From Octopus vulgaris (taxonomy: Eukaryota), in contig OX597818.1 in the NCBI GenBank assembly GCA_951406725.2, forward strand, positions 112,096,001 to 112,160,000: a stretch of 64,000 nucleotides of DNA. The letters run 5' to 3'. A model generated the notes under the pieces. The model had not been told where the DNA came from and did no database searches. It saw only the letters and a list, made by a program, of their open reading frames with translations. This document shows, piece by piece, positions 53,273-64,000 of the stretch (the first letter of the stretch is position 1; each line of letters begins with the position of its first letter). The position numbers and the translations under genes were made by a program.

Positions 53273-53966
53273 TATTTTAAAATGCGAGACATTCTAATCA
53301 TAATCAGGTAATTCTTCTTTATCCTCAGGAATAGAGCCTGGGGAGAACATCTATAGAGGTTTCATAGTTTTCTGTTCAAACTGTAGGATTCTATTAGAGA
53401 GAGATTTTTGTAGCTTATAACTACAATCATATAACTACATAATCGATCGCTTGCTCGTGCAAGATTTACTATTAAGAAATCTAAAATCTACGGTCTATCA
53501 TGGTATTTTCTACAATATTTTAAAATTTAGTTGTTTAAAATCAACAAGGTAAATCATTGTTAAAATATTTTCTACGACGGCTAAATGAAATTTCATGAAT
53601 AATTTCATAATTTATATTTTTGCAATTAGGAACATTTTCATAATTTATGAAGCCAGTCTTGTTTCAAAAATAAACTAAAAATATACGATGATCTATCAAA
53701 GCGATTGTGGATCATTTTAACAGCATTATGGTTTCTCATTCAAAGTAAATTTGTTTGGCTCTGAATAGAGACATATTTAGCTCATTCTATTTTACTCTTG
53801 ATTACACAAGCTAATTTCCTTCTTCGATTTGCAAGCGATAAGAAATTCTGCTTGAACTTGTGTGAATTTGTTTTCACACTCTGATTACTAGCCTAGGGTC
53901 ATATCTTCAGCATGATCTAGATTTGATATGGCATCTTACAATCTCAGTTCTCTCTCACAAATATGT

Positions 53967-54001
<35 letters not shown>

Positions 54002-54299
54002 GCATATGTACACACTAACACGCACGCTCACACACGCACATACATGCATATTCATACATATGTGTGTATAAACATATATATCACTTGTCTAAATTAGAAG
54101 CAATGCATATTACATGTGGAATAGTAAAACCCACTCCAAATCATTGTAAATATAAACACAGTAATATCGTGTGAGATTACGCGAGATTTTGAAGTAAAGA
54201 AACAGATATAATCTCAAGTGCTGACAATGAAGGTGACTTGGATCTAGGTTAGAAACCGGCTCTTTCTCAATTGGAAAGAAATGTTGAAATAAAACTAAT

Positions 54300-54452
54300 T
54301 ACATACAAACATACATACATACATACATACATGCATACATACATACATACATACATACATACATACATACATACATACATACATACATGCATACATACAT
54401 ACATACATGCATGCATACATACATAATATACATACATGCATGCATACATACA
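54300..54452. repeat. (ACAT)n microsatellite
   Basis: Direct reading. Confidence 0.96.
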
Positions 54453-54522
54453 TTTAAACATAATATATTTTATATCATATATAATGTTACATCATATATT
54501 TATATATGTATGTGTTTGTAAC

Positions 54523-54571
<49 letters not shown>

Positions 54572-54828
54572 TATGTTTGTATACATGGTTACGGCCCTAC
54601 TGCCATATACCATTATCAGATAATCCTGAGATCCACATCCATAAGTATATCTATCTCAATAACTCTCTGTCAACTGGTTTAAAAACCTTCAGCTATGTAA
54701 TCTGTTTTGTTTACACTGATCGTTTCAGAAAACTATTCATCATTATTCTGTATATTGAGGGCCCATGTTTGACACACGAACCACTTTCTATATATATATG
54801 CGTATACATATATTAAAATAAATACGTG

Positions 54829-54879
<51 letters not shown>

Positions 54880-54896
54880 TAAAATAAATACATATA

Positions 54897-54994
<98 letters not shown>

Positions 54995-55052
54995 ATATAT
55001 ATATATGAATAAAAAAATGGAGTTAACGCAGGACTATCTGATAATGGTATAT

Positions 55053-55104
55053 ATATGTTTATGCATATATGCACATATAAGCATGCATTGGGACACACAC
55101 ACAC

Positions 55105-55140
<36 letters not shown>

Positions 55141-55171
55141 ACCCATGCATGCTTAGGCATATGTGCATATA

Positions 55172-55190
<19 letters not shown>
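55053..55190. repeat. palindromic low-complexity unit, copy 1
   Basis: ATGCACATATAAGCATGCATTGGGACAC..GTGTACCCATGCATGCTTAGGCATATGTGCAT; second copy near 57530-57680. Confidence 0.85.
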
Positions 55191-55209
<19 letters not shown>

Positions 55210-55930
55210 AACACATAGACGCATGCAGACACACATACACACTCACGCACACACACACACACACATACACACACACACACAGAGAAACATTCTTATTGTG
55301 TAATATAATTTCTGCTTATTAAAGTGAGGAATATTTTATTCTGGATGCATCCATCCATCATTATTATTTTCCTATCTTCTCCGCTTCTGCGACAATTATA
55401 AAATGTCTCTTTCATTTAGTTGTAATTTCTGAAACGATATTATTATGGCCAGCTAAAATGAATGGCGTATCGTGTACAGCTCGCTCTGCTGATTGTTATA
55501 ACTGCTTACTTAATTCATCACTTAATCTTGTCACGTTATTTCGGAATTGATTTCAAAGGAAGTTTTAAAATCTTGTAAACGAGTGTATGTTTTTATCATA
55601 TTTCGATAAAATATGTATTATGATCCTGTTTAGGAACGTCAAAGTCCTAGCACCATAAACTAGAAATAACAGCTAAATCACCAGCATACCATTCTGTACC
55701 ACGTTAGAAGAGCTCACGTAGAATGATGACGTCGGTAGAAACAATTCTGACTGATCCTGTTTTCATAGTTTTTATCTGAGCAGGGCTTTGTTGGGGCTAA
55801 AAACTACAACAACCACGAAAGACAAAGTATAGATTATCACGTGCATAACATGATTTGAAAAATGACTTTTTGCAAGCAAAATATATCTACAATAGCTAAC
55901 AAGGAAATGACCATATTATTTTATATTTCA

Positions 55931-56370
55931 AGGCGGCGTGCTGGCAGAATCGTTAGGACGCCGGGCGAAATGTTTAGCGGTATTTTGTCTGCCGCTACGT
56001 TCTGAGTTCAAATTTGCCGAGGTCGACTTAGCCTTTCAACCTTTCAGGATCGATAAATTGAAATACCAGTTGCGTACTGGAGTCAATCTAATCGACTGGC
56101 CCCCACACCAAAAATTTCGGGCTTTGTGCCTAGATTAGAAAAGACTATATTACTTTATATTTCAAAGCTGCAAGGTGCCAGAATCGTGACCAGGTGAAAT
56201 GCTTAATGGTATTCTGCCCGTCTTTACGTTCTGAGTTCAAATTCTGCTGAGGTTGGCTTTGCCTTTCATCCTTTCGGGGTCGATTAAATAAGTACCAGTT
56301 ACGCACTGGAGTCGATATAATCGACTTAATCCCCTTCTCTAATTTGCCCGTGTGACAAAAGTTTGATATC
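55931..56370 (+). mobile_element. two tandem family C SINEs (55931-56145 and ~56170-56370)
   Basis: GGCGGCGTGCTGGCAGAATCGTTAG head; both have GAGTTCAAATT B box and central domain. Confidence 0.88.
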
Positions 56371-56431
56371 ATCATTATTGTATATTTCATTTAAATCTAT
56401 TTTATGTTCAACTAATACAGCGATAGCGCAA

Positions 56432-56862
56432 ATGGCGTTCCGTCGGTGGAAACGACGACTGTTCCAGTTGATTCGATCAAGAGAAATACCAGCTCGAGGA
56501 ATTAACGAGTAAGTGGTTGAGTACTCCGCAGACACTCGTACCCTTAATGCAGTTCTCAGAGACATCCAGCGTGAAGCAGAATGTGACAAGGTTGGCCCCT
56601 TTGAATTACAGGTACAACTAATATCGTTCTCTTTTGCTGAACCGCTAAGTTACGGGGACGTAAACACGCCAACATCGGTTTTCAGGCGATGTTGGGGGTG
56701 GGGCACGAACACACACACGCACACACACACACACACACACACTTTATGTGTGAGCTGGAGCAAAGTGAAATAAAATGTCTTGCTCAAGAACACACCGCAT
56801 CACCGTGTATCGAAATCACAGCCCTACGGTCGTTTACTGGATGTCCTAACCACTAAGCCACG
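56432..56862 (-). mobile_element. family D SINE interrupted by a family B fragment (56625-56740)
   Basis: Body ATGGCGTTCCGTCGG...TACAGGTACAA matches 57986-58170; tRNA head at 56800-56862. Confidence 0.78.
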
Positions 56863-57271
56863 ATGCTGCACTGATAAAAGTAACACATTTATCATGAAGG
56901 AGTTAGTATATTGGCAGATTTTCTCTCAAACCATGGAGCTCGTAAGTATTCATTACTGCAAAAATTGCTCCTCGGATTTCATATAAAGATACACTACATA
57001 TGCATAATTATACGAAGGTGAATATCCAACTAAATGGCAAATTAGTTTTTCTCACCGCTGTCACAAAGCTTCTTCACATCAGCAGAATGTAGAAGCGGTA
57101 TTATTTTATCACGTTCATTCCACATAGAAATAGGAAAGGAGTGTGTATGAAAAAAATCCGAATAGCTAGCCATTGCGAGACCGGGGGCCATTTTACCAGA
57201 ACTATTTTCCCCTTCAACACGTTCTGTCAAATATCTGCTGTTTGTAGCTAATGTAATTCATTATTAAATTG

Positions 57272-57400
<129 letters not shown>

Positions 57401-57527
57401 TGACGAATACACACGCCTCTGCCTGTGTGTATGTGCTTGTGCGAGTGTGTGTGTGTGCGCGTGTGTGTAGATAGATAAATGTACATGCATATACATATAT
57501 GAGAATATAAATGCATATATGTGTGTA

Positions 57528-57593
57528 TGTATATGCATATGTTTATGCATATATGCACATATGTCTAAGCATGCATTGGTACACACACACACA

Positions 57594-57626
<33 letters not shown>

Positions 57627-57682
57627 ACCCATGCATGCTTAGGCATATGTGCATAAATGCATAAACATATGCATATATGCAT
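57528..57682. repeat. palindromic low-complexity unit, copy 2
   Basis: ATATGCATATGTTTATGCAT...CTAAGCATGCATTGGTACAC|GTGTACCCATGCATGCTTAG...ATGCATAAACATATGCATAT. Confidence 0.88.
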
Positions 57683-57985
57683 ATATATATATATATATAT
57701 TCATATATAGACATATAATTCAATTCATACCATATTTAAATTGGTTTCTTCCGTTGATTAATTCTAGCAGATTGCAGGAAGATTCCTACACAAATCCACG
57801 ACCAGCTTTCAGCAACTTATGATTGCGCCGGAGATTCGAGATATTTTATGATTATTTCATAGCTGTTTTTTTCCCCAAATAGCGAGACGTGTAGTGCATC
57901 ACGAAGTCATGTATAGATATAGAAATGCGTTCAATTCCCTAATTGTCAAACATTAGCCACATTTGTAATAAATGATACATTATGA

Positions 57986-58357
57986 ATGGCACTCCGTCGT
58001 TTACGACGATGAGTGTTCCAGTTGATCCGATAAACAGAACAATCTGCTCGTGAAATTAACGTGCAAGTGGCTGAGTACTCCACAGACACGTCTACGCTTA
58101 ACATAGTTCTAGGGGAGATTCAGCGTGACACAGAATGTGACAAGACTGACCCTTTGAAATACAGGTACAAGAGAAACAGGAAGAAAGAGTGAAAGTCGTG
58201 GTGAAAGAGTACAGCAGGGTTCTCCACCCCATTGCCGGAGCTTCGTGAAGGTTTTGGTGTTTTCGTTCAATAAACACTCATAAGTTTCGGTCTGGGGATT
58301 GAAGCCGCGATCCTACGACCACGAGTCCGCTGCCCTAAGCACTGGGCATTGCACCCC
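57986..58357 (-). mobile_element. family D SINE (family A-like tRNA head, different body)
   Basis: Minus head GCAATGCCCAGTGCTTAGGGCAGCGGACTCGTGGTCGTAGGATCGCGGCTTCAATCCCCAGACC resembles 889-960. Confidence 0.85.
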
Positions 58358-59149
58358 CAAGACATATTACATTGTGGTGTTGCTACAATCTTATGTTGCG
58401 TATAGAGACGGACACTTGCGCATGCACAGGGACGCACAGGGACGTTGGGGCAGATATGTGTAGGCAACGACTGATGGACATAGATTTTTGTTCGTATGAA
58501 AACTGTCAGTGAAACCTGATCACTTCAGGCATTTGTAGTAATTTTCTCAACAACTTGAACAAATGTTAATAATGCCTAATTAAAAGGAATCACACACCTG
58601 TGCAGATAATTAATGGTTGTAATATAGTAGAGTAGAAAACGAACAAAAATTGAGAAAAAATAACAAGAAGCAAAAATTGTACCACTTTATTACTTTTACG
58701 TTATTTAAAACGTCATCACGTTCTTTAAGTTTATTGGAATTTTCAATCATATTCCCACATGACTTCATGTAAAAATTCATCGAAATTTTGAGATATTGAT
58801 ATGCTTAATCTGTGAGATTTACGAGTATTTCTTATCTTAAAAGAAAGTTCGAATCGTTATCTGAAATGACTATCTTTACGTCTATACATATATGCATCGA
58901 ACTGATTGTGCATTAATAAAAAAAATGCGCAAGAGAGACGTTCAATTTCTGTCTATTTACTCCAGATTACTAGAAAAATGTGACAACCAGTTGCAAGGAA
59001 CATTGTGGAAGGAACATATCTCTGGATGTAGAGTACTCAAACATTACACTCTCTTGCTAGATTCACAAACATACCCAAATGTGAAAATGGATGTTATCCA
59101 ACCGTCTCGTTCTTGTTCCATCCTTAGCTTGAATAACCCGTCTTGCTAT

Positions 59150-60065
59150 CCTTTCACGTGACTTCATCAACACATATCCGTGATATAAGTGCCTTGACCT
59201 CTCAATGCGGGTAAATAACGGCTCCATGAACTCTACAAAGGAATCCCTATCCGGCTACTTAAAATGTCTCGGAAATTTTACCCAACATTTATGACCAGAG
59301 TGGAGGATAAAACATGAAAATCTTTTTCTGTGGGTTCAATGTTGAGACTGGTACGTTATTGCTTCCACCTGCAATTCTAGCCATAAATTCAGCATCCCGC
59401 ATCACATAAGTCGTCAATACATTCCTGAGATGCTTAAGCGCCTCCAGTGATGTTCTTCCTTTTGAACTATTGCGAATTATCCGGATTATCAATTATTCGG
59501 ATTCTTTCACAAATCAGCAAGGTAGCATACACTCTGCTAAAGGCCTTTAACATCTCTGGCCAAAATTCTTCCTCTGTAATGGCCTTGCTAAATTTAATGC
59601 TCTAATCGCACCTGTGATATCAGCCTCTGTGAAATCGGTATTCGCTCTTAGAATCACTTCTTGTTTAGAATATGTTTTTATTGCCACTGGTTTGAGGTGG
59701 TCAGCAAGGTATTTTCTCTATCTCCCAGGACTGTTGTTCTCTGTAGATAACAGAATACCAATCAAGTTATTAATGGGTTTTGTGGACGAGGGCTTCTTGT
59801 TACGAAGTCTGTGTATTGGCGGATATAAATTCAGTCTAGTGTAACCCCAGAGTAATCCTATGATCTCGCCTGGCGCGTTTTTACTTCCTCTGCCATAATC
59901 TTTTGTGTCTCAGCGTATTGTATGAGCAAAGGGGGAGACTTGTTTCCAAGCCAAGCTTTGTAAGTCTCGTTCTTTTCTCAGGTGGCATCATTAACCTCCA
60001 GGTAAACCTGGAGGGGGATGTCCTTTTTCACCTGTCGGTGTAACGAGCTGCATTGGACCCGCAGG
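59150..60065 (-). mobile_element. degraded RTE-like LINE remnant
   Basis: Minus ~59640-59540: TDFTEADITGAIRALN/SKAITEEEFWPEMLKAF resembles RT domain 0 (GKA.G.D.I.PEMLK); boundaries uncertain. Confidence 0.5.
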
Positions 60066-60088
60066 ATTGTACTACTGAGGTAGACACT

Positions 60089-60137
<49 letters not shown>

Positions 60138-60141
60138 CTTT

Positions 60142-60338
60142 ATAATTAGGGTTCAGCAAAGATTTGCTTCACCACATACCGAAGTTTAGAAATAGCAGTC
60201 AAAAAGTCTTAGCTATTCCTTCTACTTTAAAAGGGAGTCCCAGAAAAACCAAAGTACTTGAAAACAATCCACGCAGTCAAAGGGAGAAAATAACGAAAAC
60301 CAATCCATATTTGGTTACCCACGTACGCGCGTTTCGGA

Positions 60339-60341
<3 letters not shown>
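60142..60341 (-). mobile_element. second copy of the PLE-like pLTR repeat with half HHR
   Basis: ATAATTAGGGTTCAGCAAA..TTTGCTTCACCACATACCGAA.TTTAGAAATAGCAG as at ~7027-7082; minus strand TTCC-GAAA-CGCGCG-TA. Confidence 0.75.
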
Positions 60342-60391
<50 letters not shown>

Positions 60392-60462
60392 TATAAACAT
60401 ATATATATATATATATAATATAATATATATATATATGTATATATATATGTATACATATATAT

Positions 60463-60570
<108 letters not shown>

Positions 60571-61022
60571 ATTTCGCAAATTAAAAGGGAAAGATTACAT
60601 GTCGTTCTCAAAAAATGTGGAGATGATACTCTCCACCTCTAAGCAAAGACACGCAAGTTGAGAACTAATGATTCGATCTACAGGTACGGCTAGCAATTCG
60701 TGGATAAGGCCTAAGAAGTGCATATTGAATTTCACTTTCTTGCTAGTGTACAAGATTCCGATTCAGCGAAATGATGTGAATCATTAGACCATATTTTAAC
60801 TTTTTAAAACGCCGCAGGCGCTGGTTTAATAGCAAACACGTTAATAACAACAATCATTTTATCAATTTTGAGGTACAAGAATTTTCAAGAAGTAGGCCAA
60901 TCTTGCTTAGTCTGTGTGAAACCTTGCAGCGTTTTCAAAAGAAAATTAAATTTATGAACGCGTTGGTACTTTATAAATCGTTATTATATAAAAATAAAAC
61001 TATTTGAAATTTCTTTTAGTCA

Positions 61023-61038
61023 TAATATCTGTGCTCCC

Positions 61039-61110
<72 letters not shown>
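61023..61110. repeat. (CA)n microsatellite
   Basis: Direct reading. Confidence 0.97.
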
Positions 61111-61113
<3 letters not shown>

Positions 61114-61714
61114 CGTATACACATCACTGATTGAGCGATTAAATTAAGTGACTAATAAAGTGAGAGCGAACTCGTTTTGTTTCAACTTGAAACAAAGTCC
61201 ATAAACAAAACTTCAGAAGCACCGCATCATTAAAAGAAAATTAAATGAAATTAAATATGAACAACAAAAAAAACGTAATGCGTCTAATCAAGATATCATT
61301 GCCTTCGAGATTTTTGTCAAGTTGCAAAGAAAAGAATTCAATGGCAGACCCCGTCGCTGCGGTTCGCGTTGGTCAGGTTCCTATAACCTCATCTGTCCCT
61401 TAACACATGTGGCAGAATGTGTTTAATCATTAGGGGCATTATATTATTTTAGAGTACATTGAATACATGTTCTCCTCTAATTAGTCAAATTACCGCCTCT
61501 ACAACAATTCTGCTGCCAATCATTTTATCGCAGCCCCTCCCCCAAGGTGTTAGAATCTCCAGCGTTGAGTTTTCCTGATATTGACACAAACCGTTCATGG
61601 CACACACACACACACACACATGCACAAACACACACAGACACACACACAGACACACACACACGTTAATACACGCATGCGCACACACATACATGTATACATA
61701 CACACATATACATG

Positions 61715-61745
<31 letters not shown>

Positions 61746-62661
61746 ATGGCTGTGTATGTATGTATGTAGAAATATATATATATATATATATGTGTGTGTG
61801 AGTGCGTGCATGCATGTGTGTGTGTGTGTGTGAGTGCATGTATACGTATCTGTTGCGGAGAGTGACGAAAAATGTCTATATATTATAAAAAACTGAAATG
61901 TTGCATGCAATCTTCCTCTAAGAAGCTCATCTTGGACATTTGCTGTTGGAAGAAACTGAGATGGAGGCAATCTCATAATGTTATTGGATTATTCTGAATC
62001 TTCTGGATTAATATATTACTTACATGTATGGGACTACGCATGATTTTCAATGAATAATTACTAGACAGGTCCATGCACAATATCTTCTATAGTTTACGAA
62101 CATCTTTCTATGTATAAAATTGATTTTGCCCTGATCAGCTTGCTATCATTCTAAACCTGATGATCAACATATAACCAGAATCGAATTGTAAGACAGTTTA
62201 AAGAGACACAGATTCAATTAACACAGATGTTATCCAGTCATGATTTTGATTTTGCTAACAATGAAATTTTCAATTGCATCTTTACTCGAGATAATATGAA
62301 ATCTCTGAGACGTTTACGTCAGTTTGGGCCAATTTAAAAAAGTTAATGGAAGCTTACCAAGTAAGACAGTTTCTAAAGTAATCTATTATGATTATTCCAA
62401 GCGGAAAGAATACTATAAAATTAAGATAAGATATATTCTGTTAGATTAAAATGACTTTCAATCAAATAAATCATTAGTGCAGAAATATGGGTGAGCTTTG
62501 ATGCGAATAATGATTAAGAGGCAGCGATTAAATATATATATTTGAAACCTCACAAAAGGTTAGTCAAAAGAATATAGTATAAATAGTATTGAAACAATTG
62601 TAAAGAGACTATATCGTTAAATAAATGAATATGTACACAACGATATAGAGATGGATAATAA

Positions 62662-62916
62662 GTAAATAACTGCGCCCTTTTAAAGCCTAGCCAGGCTCAT
62701 GGTCCCGGTTTCCCTTTTCATTGGCGTATGTGTTCCCCAGCTGGACCAGAAGCCAGTCCGTCACAGCTTTACTCATTTATGCAAGCTGAGTGGACTGGAG
62801 CAACGTGAAATGAAGTGTTTTGCTCAAGAACACGACACATAGCCCGGTCCAGGAAGCGAAACCACAATCTTACGATGCTGCTGCTGACACCCTAACCATT
62901 AAACCACAGGCATTCA
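62662..62916 (-). mobile_element. family A SINE
   Basis: Reverse complement of 25702-25945 over its full length. Confidence 0.9.
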
Positions 62917-64000
62917 CATAGTGATGATACAATATTATAAATAAAATAACAATGTAGGCATTAGAAGTATTCGTGTTGTAAGGCGAGGAACTTTAATTAA
63001 AATAAAACATTGACAAATATATAATTATTTGAATGACCGACATGAAAAAGTAAGGCTTTTGTAAATAAATACCTGATGTTATACGAGTGCCAGGATGTGG
63101 AATGTACCGAGGACACCTCCTGCATGGCAGAACAACGATATAGAAGATTTAAGCACAGATGCTTTAGTAAGACAAAATAGTTTTAGTTAATTAAAATTAA
63201 TATCAATCTTCTGGAGAACAAATAATTAACTAAATGATTAAATTCTGCAGAAGTAAAGCAGAAAAGTTTGTAAAGTCAATCCCGAAGTTTAAGATAATTA
63301 AAGTTAATAAAATATTCATGGCCTGGTTTCAGAATCGAACATTATTTCTGACACAGTCTGTTAGAGGAGGCTGCTAGTTCTTATTATAAGTAGAAGTGAA
63401 ATCAACAATATCGTATCTGGAAGATAGACATTTATGACAGTTGTTTCTAATTTTGTTGCGACACTATACATTTCGTTACCATCGATTTAATGGACACGTT
63501 CCAATCACACACTCACACACGTAAAATGTCAACTGAAGTAAATGGCGCTTGTCATTCCTAACGACTCAAAAAACATTATCATTACAAGCAGCATATTCGA
63601 TATTAACGATTATTTTCCCTTGCATTCATCACACATACATTATACTGAACTGCCCTACTACAGAAACCACTCGGTTGCGTTTCATCATTGCTGTGACCTC
63701 TCAGAGCTACATGATAAGAAACACAACATACATAAATATCGCAAGTGGAGGAAGATATCCTTCCTGGTATAAAAAGTGTTGAAGTATTTAAAGCTTCTAT
63801 CTTGATAAATAAGGTCTAATCCTTTTTTTTTAAGCCAACTCGGGAAAAACCACTAATTATTTATAGCAATAAACTTTTGGTTAGATTCTCCATTTTGGCA
63901 GCTAGTATGACGTCCGTCTTAAGAGGATAAAGAAGTAGGTCTGTTCCCTGTAACCGTCCATCGACCACCGCGTGTTTATGGATCGAATGATAAATATGAT

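Noticed and set aside
60670-60688. miR-10-like string TACCTGTAGATCGAATC on the minus strand
   Set aside because: Two deletions relative to miR-10 and no star arm or hairpin

Overview
AT-rich, microsatellite-dense eukaryotic non-coding DNA (intergenic or deep intronic). The repeat repertoire looks like an octopus/cephalopod genome (inference from SINE types). I found no intact host protein-coding exon; the supplied ORFs are almost all microsatellite or SINE read-through. Contents: (i) four interspersed tRNA-derived SINE families, labelled here A-D, with family C forming ~185-bp concatemers at three loci; (ii) degraded Penelope-like element (PLE) RT and GIY-YIG fragments; (iii) about a dozen degenerate minimal type-I hammerhead ribozyme (HHR) motifs of the PLE pseudo-LTR kind; (iv) a mariner-derived fold-back MITE, other long-inverted-repeat elements, a non-autonomous Helitron and LINE remnants. 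Most notable: a repeated composite element with a tRNA/Pol III head, an (AAT)n spacer and an HHR-bearing PLE-like tail (candidate Penelope-mobilised SINE or retrozyme); SINE concatemers sharing one junction, one under a single TSD; and a LINE 3' end inside a (TATC)n array whose tail matches the family C SINE tail. All alignments and folds were done by eye, so boundaries are approximate.
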